A stretch of DNA of 64,000 nucleotides, from assembly GCF_006345805.1 (NCBI RefSeq), contig NC_043006.1, positions 73,656,001 to 73,720,000 of the forward strand. Direction: 5' to 3'. The stretch is from Octopus sinensis (Eukaryota). The translations under genes and the position numbers were made by a program. A model generated the notes under the pieces. It was not told the origin of the DNA, did no database searches, and saw only the letters and a list, made by a program, of their open reading frames with translations. Positions 37,913 through 51,169 of this stretch are shown here, one piece after another. The stretch's first letter is position 1. Every line of letters starts with the position of its first letter.

Positions 37913-37970
<58 letters not shown>

Positions 37971-39158
37971 TAATATAGGATACATTACTGTTACTCCTAT
38001 ACCCCCATTCTTCCCCTCCACTGGCTCTTTCACTTACTCCTCCCACTCCCCTCTCACATCTACATATTCCCACTACAGCATCACCACCACCACCACCACC
38101 ACCACCACCACCAACAACAGCAGCAACTACTACTACTGTTCTTGGTGTTGCTACTGTTGCTTCCATACTCAGTATTAAAACGCATTAGCGGAGCTAAGTA
38201 TAATAACTTATGTTCTATTTATCGCTTGCCATATATTGATGCTGCATAAGTGAAAATGGGGGATATTGAAATCTAACCAAACCAAACGAAACCAAGCCAA
38301 AAGGTGAGAAGTCTTTTGATACAAATAACTTGCGCCTTGACAATGGAGTTACTATACGCTGATAAAAAGATATTTATTTTATCACATTTGATTAAATTGC
38401 TGTTCTCATTTTGCATCAATATTTAACATGATTATTTCGAACTGGAAACGTGGAAACGGTCTGTTACATACTCGGCGATTGATATCACATGTAATTGAAA
38501 AGGAAATGAAATGTGCATCTCTGGTCCAAAAGGTTACTAAACAATCGGTTTATTAGTCTTCACCTTGTGTCTATTGAAAGACATTCGTAGATCATGCTTT
38601 GATTGTAACTTAATTAAATTCGGTTGGAGTCTCTCTCCTATATTTTCATGAACATATATATATATCTGTGTGAGTGTGTGTGTGTGTATGAGTCTTTAAC
38701 AATAATCTGAACAATATCCACGATAATCTGACAATATGCCAAACTTCTATAGTGCAAGTTGGTCAGATTAAATTTTTATGAAATGCGCGTTCAAATACTT
38801 AATTGCGCTTTGGAGTTATTTTGTTCCCAATGTGCCTATGAACTTGTATGCATTGTAGAGTTCTTTAGCTACATCCCTGACCCCTCCCCCGATTGTATAG
38901 AACTATAATCTTGAAGATGTTCTCGTGTTACGCACCTCGTTTCTTTTGTATATATCTGACGTCCGGCATGTGCTTCCCAATTATATATTTTCTAATGTTT
39001 AGAAAGATGTTTGACACGTTCCCCCCCAAAGCTGGTGAGGTTGATGCCATCTTGATGTTAGACTTGAAAGGTATTAAGTTCGCGGTTGCAGAAAGAAAAG
39101 AGGAAAACACACAAATACACACCCAGATGTGTGTGTATTAGCATATATATATATATAT

Positions 39159-39240
39159 ACGAGAAAGAAGCAACAAGAATGGATTAGTTTTTAGTACAAT
39201 TGTACTAAAAACTAATCCATTCTTGTTGCTTCTTTCTCGT
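39159..39240. repeat. Perfect 82-bp palindrome with no spacer
   Basis: acgagaaagaagcaacaagaatggattagtttttagtacaa followed by its exact reverse complement. Confidence 0.97.
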
Positions 39241-39443
39241 TTATAATCACCCCACATTACTGTATGGTTAACACCATATAGTTTTTTCTGGTGCATCTAA
39301 GTTAAGTACCACATTAAAGTAAATTCATTGGAATTGACTTGAATCTTAATGCTTTGATCTATATATATATATATTGTAGTTGGCTTGCAAGATTCTTGAT
39401 GTGAATTCGTGTGTTGAAAGACATACTATTGAACTTGGGAGAG

Positions 39444-39608
39444 GCATTATGCCGATAATAATAAACACACGCACTGGTTCGGTCCTTTATTGTTATTGCT
39501 AGTTAATGGCTGATCGATAAATTGGTTAATGGAGTAACTAACCCATTAACTAACAATAACAATAAAGGACCGAACCCGTGCGTGTGTTTATTGTTATCGG
39601 CATAATGC
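39444..39608. repeat. Inverted repeat, ~66-bp arms, next to (TA)n
   Basis: gcattatgccgata...ctagttaatgg versus ccattaactaac...tatcggcataatgc. Confidence 0.92.
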
Positions 39609-39719
<111 letters not shown>

Positions 39720-41014
39720 GGTAGTGGGTAGCGATTTTCTTCACTACTTCAGGGATTGACGACCCTGCCTGACACGAGTCCCGGGCTCAGCTGGCTCCGG
39801 TTGACAGTACCTGGTATGGGCCTCTATCCAGGGTTACGGAAAGGAGACAACCTTCAAAGAAATCCGGAGTGGAGCCCCGTAGGTGGTTTAGTGTTCGACT
39901 CGACACTCTTCCGGCAGCTCCCGAAACCAAGCTGGTGCCAAACGTAATGCTCTGCACTCCTTTGGACTACGTCAGCAAGGTCGAGAGAGGAATCCTGACG
40001 ATTGGGCTACCCAGGATATTCTTACATCTAGCCCAGGCCTGCGCTAAACTGGAGAGGAAACTGGAGAGGACATGAAATGTAAAAACCAGACTGGATTCGT
40101 TTATGCGCAACTCCATTGTCTCCCGAGGAAAAGGATGTCAACAATATATATATGGATATATAAAATGGAACAAAAACGCAATAGACGACAATAAAACATC
40201 CGGACAGATAGACGATACAAGTTTCTAGATTGTCCTAACAGTTTCAGACAGTTACACTTGAGACTGTTCAAATCTGGTTGCCCCCAAAAAGTCTAAGCTA
40301 AAAGCGTTAGATTTTATTTGTGAGAAAGCGAGTGAATATATGTATGTGTACGTGTATGTGTCTGTGTTTGTGTTTCTTCTCCTACCATCGTTTGACAACC
40401 GGTGTCGGTTTATTTGTACTCCTCATAATTTAGCAGTTTGGTAAAAAAGAAAAAAAAAAGAAACTTCGCTGGAAGAAGTACTAGACTTAAAAATATGTTC
40501 GAGTAAGCATTATTTATTTATTGAATAAATTTAAAAGTCTGTATAAAGCAGCGTAGCCATGACAGAAGAGACATAAACAAAACAAAAAGCTACAAAAGAA
40601 ACTAAATAAAAAAAGGAAGAAGAACCGATAAAAAACCCCCAGTTAAGTGTTTCTATTATTAAATCTGTATTGCAGCCTTCATGAATTGGAAAATCTTATT
40701 TATAGGATAGTGGTTCCTTGAAAATAAAATTGTGCCTCCAGCCATGGTAACATTTTAAAGACCGTTTAAGAAAGGAGAAATTTAATTCAGAAATTCTGTC
40801 ACCGTAAAAATGTCAAAATGACGGCATTCACAATAAAGAAGTGCTACAAGATACTCATTAAAGGTTAATTATTGAGAATCCAATTATAATCGAAAAAGAA
40901 ATTTCAATCTACTACATTGCTAGAGTAATTTCTGGGTGTACTAATTCTAATTAAAATCATACGTCAGGATAAGGTAACAACAAACAAAAGAAAAGAATAC
41001 AAAACATAACAGAG

Positions 41015-41049
<35 letters not shown>

Positions 41050-41104
41050 CTATTGATTTCGTTTAAAGAATTTTTTAAGAAGTTCATCAAATAAGGTATT
41101 CTTT

Positions 41105-41512
41105 TCTACTATAGGCACAAGGCCTGAAATTTTTGGAGAGTGGGGCCAGTCGATTAGATCGATTCGACCCAATACGCAATTGGTATTTAATTTATCGACC
41201 CAGAAAGGATGAAGTGCAAAGTCGCTCTCTGCAGAATTTGAACTCAGAACGTAAAGACAGACGAAATGCCCCTAAGCATTTCGCCCAGCGTGCTAACGTT
41301 TCTTATTTCTTTATTGTCCACAAGGAGCTAAACATAGAGGGGACAAACAAGGACATCTACACCAGTGCGTAACTGGTACTTAATTTATCGACCTAGAAAG
41401 GATGAAAGGCAAAGTCGACCTCGGCGGAATTTGAACTCAGAACGTAACGGCAGACGAAATACGGCTACACATTTCGCCTGGCGTGCCAACGGTTCTGCCA
41501 GCTCGCCGCCTT
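41105..41512 (-). mobile_element. SINE family 2: a tail-B copy joined into a tail-A head at ...aacgtttct|
   Basis: cgtgctaacgtttct|tatttctttattgtccacaagg. Confidence 0.85.
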
Positions 41513-42167
41513 TCATGAAATATGATATTAAAATGGATTGCGCATATTTCATATTACCATGTATAATCTCATTAACAGAGGAATACACTAACTGAAAAAT
41601 CATTGCCTATTTAGGTATTTAAACCTATCAATAGAATGATTAAGAGCTCTTCGGTTGTGACATGTCATTCATGTAGTAAGATATGTTGACTCGTTACAAA
41701 TAATTTGGTACCTCATTAACGAGCTTATTAAAAGGAAGCTGATACTTAATGTAAAGCAATGTAAAAATTAACCATGCTTAAAGCATTACCGAATGATATA
41801 TGGACCATAATAATTATCATTAGAAAAAAATAAGTATTAGTACAAAGATAACAATGAAAAACTTGTCTCATTTGAACATACGTGTGAGTATGTGTATTTG
41901 TGCATGTATTTATGTATTTGTATTTGTCCCCTTTGTGTTCAGCCCTGTGTGGCCAATAAAGAAAGTTATGTATGTATGTATGTATGTATGTATGTATGTA
42001 TGTATGTATGTATGTATGTATGCATGTATGTATCGTGCACACACGCATACACATGTATATATCTCTGTTTTGCATTCTCTTAAATTTTATAGACCCATAT
42101 ATCTAATTAGACAAAAGATTATGGGCGTTATATTTCAGAACTAGTTCCTAAATGCTGTAAGGGCAGC

Positions 42168-42267
42168 NNNNNNNNNNNNNNNNNNNNNNNNNNNNNNNNN
42201 NNNNNNNNNNNNNNNNNNNNNNNNNNNNNNNNNNNNNNNNNNNNNNNNNNNNNNNNNNNNNNNNNNN
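42168..42267. other. Assembly gap (100 N)
   Basis: A run of exactly 100 N. Continuity across it is not guaranteed. Confidence 1.
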
Positions 42268-42339
42268 TTTCCGATCATGCGTGTTTTTTTCTTCGATCAG
42301 CTAAATTACCAGGCTTATCGAATTACGTTTAATTCGCTG

Positions 42340-42590
42340 AGGATTCCAGCGTGGCCTAGTGGTTAGGCTGTTTCACTTACGATCGCTACTTCGTGGGTTT
42401 GATTCCCAGACTGGGCGGTGCGTTGAGTTCTTGAGCAAAGCACTTAATTCCCAGTCCCTTTTCGATCAAGGGCGAGTATTGGCCTGCTCGCCTAGCCAGC
42501 CGTGTGGCGTCATTTGATGGCTAGAGCAATGCAAATCGCATTGTGACCTGCGATGTGTAACAGCATCCGATAGTTTGGTCAGTCACGTGA
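42340..42590 (+). mobile_element. SINE family 3 variant with an RTE-like tail
   Basis: gcgtggcctagtggttagg...gttcttgagcaaagcact...cattgtgacctgcgatgtg...gtcacgtga. Confidence 0.7.
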
Positions 42591-42597
42591 CTACTCG

Positions 42598-42632
<35 letters not shown>

Positions 42633-43823
42633 TATATATCGCTATAGCTTGCCAGCACTATGCGTTTCATCATAAAAAATGTAGGACTTATTGATTAATG
42701 TACTCCTCCGTACACAATTTCGGAAAGCATGATTGATTGATCACTGCTGGCAAATCTTCGATCATTGGTCTGGTGGATCAATGCTAACCTCGGGCTAAAC
42801 AACAAACACATTTATATTCGATGCTCCTACGCCATTGACCACTACTCACTCTCTCCTGTACAGTACATATACAATGTATGACATAAACAGGTTAAACTGC
42901 TTGTATGTGTTATGTATAACCCACCATACTTAGTATACCACACGGATCTTAATACGCATCATAGCCAAAATTATATCCTACGCATACGAAAATCATACAA
43001 AAAAAATGATACACTGTAATATTAGTTTATATACGCTATAATCTACAAACGACAATTTTCACAGAACACTTAAATACACACAAAGTCACTCGAGATATCT
43101 TAGTAAGATGTGTGATATTTTACACCGACATATAATGTTCAAGCAATGAAAGAAATGTAATGTTGTTAGGAGGAATAGAAGTCTAACGTTTCGGACAAAA
43201 GACTTCATCAAAGTGAGAACATGGTAGAGAGATATGAAATGTTTAACTGTGTGGCAGAAAACACTCAGACAAACACATATATACCACTCTGTCCAATTCG
43301 GACAATACGATTTTAACAGAAGAATATATTATTGATTGTATATTACAGAGCATACACTATAAAATAACCTATTTTACAATAAATATCCCACTAAATGTTT
43401 TGTGCAAAACATCGTTAAACCTTTACACTTCATCACACATGAGATATATTTTAGGTTATACGTATCATGTGCATCATAAACTATACATCATACTTTGCGT
43501 TTTGAACACCATTTTCATCGTCTCTACACTAAACGTACAATACAATTTACTTCACGGACTCCACTGATATCATACCTCATAAAATTTACTAATATGAAGG
43601 GCATACCACATCTTATCATGTTTAGACCACACATACCACATGGTTTACATCACAAACAAACTCTATCTCTCACTTTATCTCTCTCTATCGTTTAATTTCT
43701 TTCTCTCGCTTCATCTCTTTCTCTCGCTTCATCTCTTTCTCTCTCTGTCACACACACCACACACGCACGCAAACGCATACATACTGTCTCATTCACTGTT
43801 TCTCTATACATAAGTATCCATCC

Positions 43824-43875
<52 letters not shown>

Positions 43876-44517
43876 CTCTGTCTATCATTCACTTCATATA
43901 TGTTTAATGTATATTTATGTAATATGAGTATATGGATATGTACATATGAATATATATAAATGTATGTGTATGCATATATACATACATGCATACATACATG
44001 CATACACACATACATACATACATACATACATACATACATACACACACATGATACACACACATGATATACACATAAATACAAATACATACATGCACACATC
44101 CTGTATCTAGATACTAAACGGAAAACTCTTCTCTAAAGTCTTGTGGCCTTCTACACATTTAAAGTAACTTTTTAAAATAGTTAATAACTTAAAAAAAATT
44201 ATTCTTTTTGCAAAAAAAGTTTTTGAATACGTGTGTATGTGTGTGTGCTTTTATAATTATATTTAGCAGTTGATTGATATGTGCTAACGCACGAAACCCT
44301 CGGCTCTTGCTGCTTACTACTACTACTACTACTACTACACTACTACTAATACTACTAATCTTGATATAAGGATCACCATGTCGCGCACATATTGTTGTGA
44401 TGTATGTGCCTGGTGTACCTTTATCAGACAGGTAGTCATGATGGGTATATTGGGCTTCGTATATTTTTACCCCAGTGCCACTTTGATGGCATCCACTGCT
44501 CTCTCACTCAATAATAC

Positions 44518-44564
<47 letters not shown>

Positions 44565-45436
44565 TATCATGCCTTGAGTTCTATTTTTGTGGTTTGCATC
44601 AACAAAACTATAGTACACAAACATACATGTGTGTGTGTCTGTGTGTTTGTGTATATATGTATATATATATGTATACATACGCACACACGCACACATATAT
44701 ATTTACACACACACATACACGTACACCCACCCAAAACACACACTCACACGCACGCACACACGCACACATACATGCTTGTGAGAGTGTGTATCTTCATTGC
44801 TATCTGGTTTTATCTAAGAAATATCTATTAGTTTTCTATTACGAATGAGGGATTGGCCGAATCTGTAGACTTATCTGGTACAATATCTTGTGCCATTAGC
44901 TTATCTCCCTTTATGATATGATTTACTTCCTGCCGACATAATTTTTCTCTTCGTCCTTCGAAGGCCGTTAAAATGAGTATCAGACATGTACTAGTGTTGC
45001 TTTAATCCTCTAGAAAAAATCTCTCCCAGAATTTAAGATCTTGTAATTGTGTTAGAAACCATAATGATTTTTGTGTTTCAAACAATCGTATATATTATAT
45101 TAAATATGAAAGTCTATTTAATTCTCTATTCCGAAACGCCAAAACAGTGACCTTGGGCTTAAGCTAGAAATTATTAATAGAAATTTCGCGTCACCGAAAA
45201 AATGACTCCTGTAAACTTGTTTATTCTCACATTCCTTAAATTTGTTTATTCCACATTCCAGGCTAATTCTCTCTAAGCTCACCTTTATTAGCATATTTTT
45301 GTTTCAGCTCACTCAAGACGTTGTTGCATTTCGAAAGTTGATTGGTTAAAAAACGCAGAAATGAACTTCTTTTTTAATTGCATATATAAATAGAGAAGAA
45401 TACACACATATGTGCATGGATGGATATATGTATGAG

Positions 45437-45482
<46 letters not shown>

Positions 45483-46154
45483 GAAGCTATCAGTAGTACT
45501 TAAAGATAGGTATTGTGTCCTTTAATAATAATATTTTATCTCTCATCAAATGGAGAACTTCTGTAGATCTTTCTATTACGGAACAGTATATTTTATATAT
45601 ATGAGATATATGAAAGAAATTGTTGTATAGTGCTCAGATGCACTATATATATACATATATATATATATACACCTTTCTTTTATATTTCACTTGTTCCGGT
45701 CATTGATTTGCAGCTACGCTGGGGCACCATTTTGCGGCGTTCAGTCGAAATGGTCGACTCCAGGTAATATCCTTTTTCAGATAGTGATACTTATTTTGTC
45801 GATATCTTGACGAATCGCTAATTTACGGGGGCGTAAACAGGTAAATTAACAGTGGTTGTGAAATGGTGGTGAGGGACAAACACAAACACAAAACCACATA
45901 AATAGATACACACAGACACAGAATATATATACAACGTCCAACATCCTATGATCACTGACGTGGGGGTTGAGTCCGACTGTCCGAACATGTAGACGTTTCT
46001 CCAATTAATTTTTCTATACGTGCTGATCTTGGTGTCGTAGCTTATCCCAGATCAGCTCTCATTGAGTCGGCCTACGCTAAAATGCTTTGCCTCTTCATCA
46101 TCCTCACCCATTGCATCCCATTCTTGCGATAACAATGGCCAGTGCATTCTTCAT

Positions 46155-46550
46155 TGGCGAGCTGGCAGGACCGTTTACACGCCGGGCGAAATGCTAACCG
46201 GTATTTCGTCTGCCGCTACGTTCTGAGTTCAAATTCCGCCGAGGTCAACTTTGCCTTTCATTCTTTCGGGGTCGATTAAATAAGTACCAGTTACGCACTG
46301 GGGTCAATATAATCGACTTAATCCGTTTGTCTGTTCTTGTTTCTCCTCTCTGTGTTTAGCCCCTTGTGGGTAGTAAAGAAATAGGTATTTCGTCCGTTTT
46401 CACGTTCTAAGTTCAAATTCCGCTGACGTAAATTTTTCCCTTCATCCTTTTGGGGGTCGATAAAATAACTAGCAGTTGAGTACTGGGGTCGATATAATCG
46501 ACTATCCCCCTCACCCCAAATTTCAGGCCTCGTGCCAATGGTAGAAACGA
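46155..46550 (+). mobile_element. SINE family 2: a young tail-B unit inside an old tail-A copy (junction 46383|46384)
   Basis: gtagtaaagaaata|ggtatttcgtccg; the flanking unit is much more diverged. Confidence 0.85.
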
Positions 46551-47024
46551 TAATGCAAACTAGTGGAATATGATTTAAGGAAAATTAAACTGCTGTTTCT
46601 AACACATCGAGCGACTTTGTAGTGGCTTCCTCGTTGTAACTGTGGCCAGAGCACAGGCGGCAAAGTTGAACTCAGTTGAAGTACGAAAGTTATTGAACCT
46701 TAAGCTTATCAGTGTTAGCATGTACCTCATGGTGTTGTGTTTTGCTTTCATTTTCTTATGTATTGATTATATTTTTTAACGTAGTAAATAAAGTCGATAG
46801 ATCCACTGCAGTACATCTGCACTCCCTTTCCAGGTGCTGGTTAGCATAAGGCTACTTGAACAGGGGTGACTTGTACTTCTCCCCAACAACAACGGTTACA
46901 AGCAAAACAGCAACTTCCGGATGATGGCGTTATGTTAAAAAAGTGGTGCAATTGTAGGGGAACACTTCTCGAATGTTTACAAACAACTTCAGATAACGAA
47001 GTGGGATGTATACAAAATATCATC

Positions 47025-47536
47025 ACCGTCATCATTATCATCATCATCATCATTATCGTCGTCGTCGTCGTCAGCATCGTCGTCGTCGTCGTCGTCGTCG
47101 TCACCGCCACCACCGCCAACATCACGACCATTGTGTCGACACTGCCACCAACATCACAACCAATAACTTCTCATAACTATCCCCCCTCCTCCTCTTCCTC
47201 CCCTTCTTCTTCTTTCTTCTTCTTCTTCTTCTTCTTCCCTTCCTCTTCCTCCTCCTCCGCTTTCCCACCCCGTTCTTCCTCCTCCTTCTCATCACCATCA
47301 TTATAACCATACCATCAATATCATCGTCTTCACCGTCCTCTCCGCCAACAATCACCACCATTGCGTTGCCACCGACATTACCCGCAAACCAATCCCCTAA
47401 TTCAACAGTTCTTTTTCTCCTCCTCCTCTATTTCCCCATTTTCATTAACATCCTCATTACCAACACCACCATCGTCATCAACATCTTAATCATCATCATA
47501 GGCATACCTACTACTCCTCCCACAGCGTCACCGTCA

Positions 47537-47568
<32 letters not shown>

Positions 47569-47630
47569 CACCTTTGCCTTCCCTTCATCATTATCATCAT
47601 CATCATCAACATTATCATCATTATCAATAT
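47025..47630. repeat. Mixed trinucleotide low-complexity tract (ATC, GTC, CTT, CCT, GCC)
   Basis: Direct inspection. It explains ORFs 46841-47668. Confidence 0.95.
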
Positions 47631-48204
47631 TACTATTTAAATGTGATGGTAGATGGCTGAATCGATAAAACGTTGGACTGTTTTCCCCTCACCCACACTC
47701 ATCTGATAAATTTGTAGTTTTGCGCTTAAGTAAGAATTCAAAAGTTTCTTATAAATATCAGAGTCATATCACGCAGAACTGGTTTTCTATTTCTTGCACT
47801 TTCAAGAATTCATGTAGCAAGGCGACGAACTGGCCAACTCATTAGAGGCGTCGGCTAGAACTTCTTAAAGCTCTGTTTCCTATGTTCAAATCCCTCCCAT
47901 GTCAGCTTTCCCTTTGCTTTTCTTTTCGGTGCCGGTAAATAAATTACTAGTTCTGTTCTGGTGTCGATTCTTCTCTGTCTTTGACTCTTTATTTCTATCT
48001 TTCTCTTCTCTCTAGAAGAAATAGATTGTGGTCAGACCGAGGTTGCGATAGGTTCTCTCAGTTTTATTTAAAAAGAAAAGAAACAAAAATATAAACGCGC
48101 AAGACGCATCGTAAGTCAAGATACTGCCCGTATGTCTACATTAACGATACATTAACGATAAGAGTACAAGGCAAAGCAAGTTCATTTAATAATAGTTTAC
48201 TAAG

Positions 48205-49015
48205 GAAAGCGGTGAGCTGGCAGAAACGTTAGCACACTGGGCGAAATGCTTAGCGGTATTCCGTCTACCGCTACGTTCTGAGTTCAAATTCCGCCGAGGT
48301 CGACTTTGCCTTTCATCCTTTCGGGGTCGATTAAATAAGTACCAGTTACGCACTGGGGTCGATATAATCGACTTAATCCGTTTGTCTGTCTTTGTTTGTC
48401 CTCTCTGTGTTTCGCCCCTTGTGGGTAAGTAAAGAAATATTTATTCGGTCTGTCTTTATGTTCTGAGTTCAAATTCCGCCGTGGTCGACTTTGACTTTCA
48501 TCATTTCAGGGTTGATAAATTAAGTACCAGTTCCGTACTGGAGTCAATGTAATCGATTGCCCCCTCCCCCAAAATTTCGGGCCTTGTTCCTAGAGTAGAA
48601 ATGAATAGTTTACTAAGGAAGGGTTTTTTAGGTTGCGAGCTGGCAGAATCGTTAGCATAACGACGAATTGCTTAGTGATATTTCGTCTTATCTGTGCGTT
48701 CGGAGCTAAATTCCACCGATGTTGACTTTACCTTTTATTCTTTCGGGCTCCGTGAAATTAGTACGAGTCGAGCAATAGTGTCAATGCCATCGACTAGATT
48801 CCTCTCCGCAAAGTTTCAGGCCTTGTGCCTATAGTAGAAAGAAATATTTCACTGGTTTAAGGCGACGATCTGGCAAAACCTTTAGCACGCTGAGCAAAAT
48901 GCTTAGTAGAGTTTCGTCTGAGTCCAAATGCTTGTAGGGGATAATAAATACCAGTCAAACAGAAAGCTAATAGACTAACCTCCATCCTTTAAGACTTCAG
49001 GCCTTGTCTCTACTG
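48205..49015 (+). mobile_element. Head-to-tail chain of SINE family 2 copies (tail-B junction at 48439|48440)
   Basis: Four successive heads or cores on +. Confidence 0.8.
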
Positions 49016-49047
49016 AGGATTCCACATATTTTCCCTCTACCATATAT

Positions 49048-49280
49048 ATTTCTTTACTACCCACAAGGGGCTAAACATAGAGGGAACAAACAAAGACAGA
49101 CAAAGGGATTAAGTCGATTACATCGACCCCAGTGCGAAACTGGTACTTAATTTATCGACCCCGAAAGGATGAAAGGCAAAGTCGACCTCGACGGAATTTG
49201 AACTCAGAATGTAACGACAGACGAAATACGGCTACGCATTTCGCCCGGCGTGCTAACGTTTCTGCCAGCTCGCCGCCTTA
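49048..49280 (-). mobile_element. Young full-length SINE family 2 tail-B copy with a perfect 17-bp TSD
   Basis: TSD ttccctctaccatatat at 49031-49047 and 49281-49297. Confidence 0.92.
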
Positions 49281-49821
49281 TTCCCTCTACCATATATTCT
49301 CCGCCAACCCTTGAATACGCTTCCCTAAGGGGACACGTGGTGGGATCAAATCCGGAAACATTGTTTGCGAAGCAAATATCTTAGCCATGTATAGCGAGCC
49401 CATTCTTGCGCCTACATAGTTGGAATTCCAGCTTCTGCACGCAATCGAAAGCTCACTGAAACATCATGCATGCGTACGTAGGCATATACGTATATCGTGT
49501 ATCTGTTTCGGCTTTATTTCGAAAAAACAATTCGGGTTCGTGATTGCAAAGTAAATATTTTAACATATAAATGTTCGAGATATATCGAAAGTAAATAAAA
49601 GCCGAACAAAATGAAAAGACAACAAAAAACAAATGAAGCTCATACCTATAGAATTCCTAGTCACGGAAAGACCGCTCTACAGGCCTATTTGTTGGAAGTA
49701 TTAGAAGTACAGTTGTCTTCGACGGCTGTTATGCGTATAAAAATCCCTGTCTGTAAGTATATATTCATGGATAATATACAAGCTTGCACACATAAACACT
49801 GATCATTATATATGAAATTAC

Positions 49822-49872
<51 letters not shown>

Positions 49873-50225
49873 ACACACAGATATCTGTGTAATCTATGTG
49901 GCGAGAGAAAGGTTGAGAGAGACGCTGAGGTACATCTGTCATGTTTGCTTACGACGTTGTTAATCATCTGTAGGTCTTAAGATTCTCTTCAGCGTACAGA
50001 AAAGTACGACGGTGATCAGTTTGTATGAACAGTGATAAATGAGACAGATACCATCTGACATGGGGACGCATTCATCAATCATTATGTATATATAGTATAT
50101 GTTGTGTGTGTGTATGTGTGTTTGTGTGTTTGTGGTACCTCTCGTGTTTGGCGCTAAGATCAATGTATATTCTATATGCATACGTGTGTGTTCCGATATA
50201 CACACCACACACACACACACACACA

Positions 50226-50271
<46 letters not shown>

Positions 50272-50534
50272 GTATATGTATGTATATAGTCGGTTAAGTA
50301 TTCATAAGTTAGAAAACAAATCAGGCACTAGTGTATTAGTCAGCAGAGTGGGTGTATTAATATTTATATCATAAAGTGTTATATTATTACATATCTCATA
50401 GCAGGCCTTCTGACGAGCGCCGTCATCGCTTATCAGCTCACAGGTATGCGGAAGCGATTGGTACAATCGGCTGAAATGAATCTTCTAGAGAGTATGGTAT
50501 AAATACACACACACACACATACACACACTCTCAT

Positions 50535-50574
<40 letters not shown>

Positions 50575-50997
50575 GCGCGCGCACACACACTTGATATATA
50601 TTGTTGTATTTCGGGAGGGTAGCATTTTTTTTGTCATCCCGAAATACAATATCTGTTTTAACACACGAATTCACATCAGGAGTCTTGCCACACAAATTCA
50701 TAAACGTATATATAATATAAATATTATATAAATATATGCATATATACATACATATATGTACATACCTACATATATATGTATATATACATGCAAATATGGG
50801 TACAGGACATTAAAAAAAACGTTGAGCACAATGAGAAACGAAAACATAAAATACAAAAACATAGAAAACGAACTTTTTTTCGAACAACGAAAACGAAAAA
50901 CAGAGAAACGAGACATGCAACATAAAGAATATTCCCCTTCATCAGTTGTCCCTGTTTCCTCTACTCCGCGTTATATATATATTCATATATATATACC

Positions 50998-51125
50998 ATG
51001 TAACAATTATTCGGTAGCCCTGACTTTTTTCCGATGGCCGGATAACTGAAGAGATGGCGGCGTGGGTTTCCGCCCCGACATCCGAAACTCGGAGTTTTTT
51101 CATGGCTACCGAATAATTGTCACAT
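50998..51125. repeat. 26-bp inverted arms (24/26) enclosing a GC-rich hammerhead-like motif; probable Penelope-type terminus
   Basis: atgtaacaattattcggtagccctga / tcatggctaccgaataattgtcacat, with CTGAAGA at 51046 and GAAA at 51084. Confidence 0.6.
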
Positions 51126-51169
51126 TATATTTACAGATAAATATCTCTATTTACATAATATCGAGGTCT

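Noticed and set aside
42168-42267. Relationships spanning the N gap
   Set aside because: The 100-N placeholder means distance and adjacency across it are uncertain, so spacing between findings on either side should not be interpreted.
46841-47668. ORFs with long hydrophobic runs resembling membrane proteins
   Set aside because: They arise from mixed trinucleotide repeats and are open in several frames on both strands.
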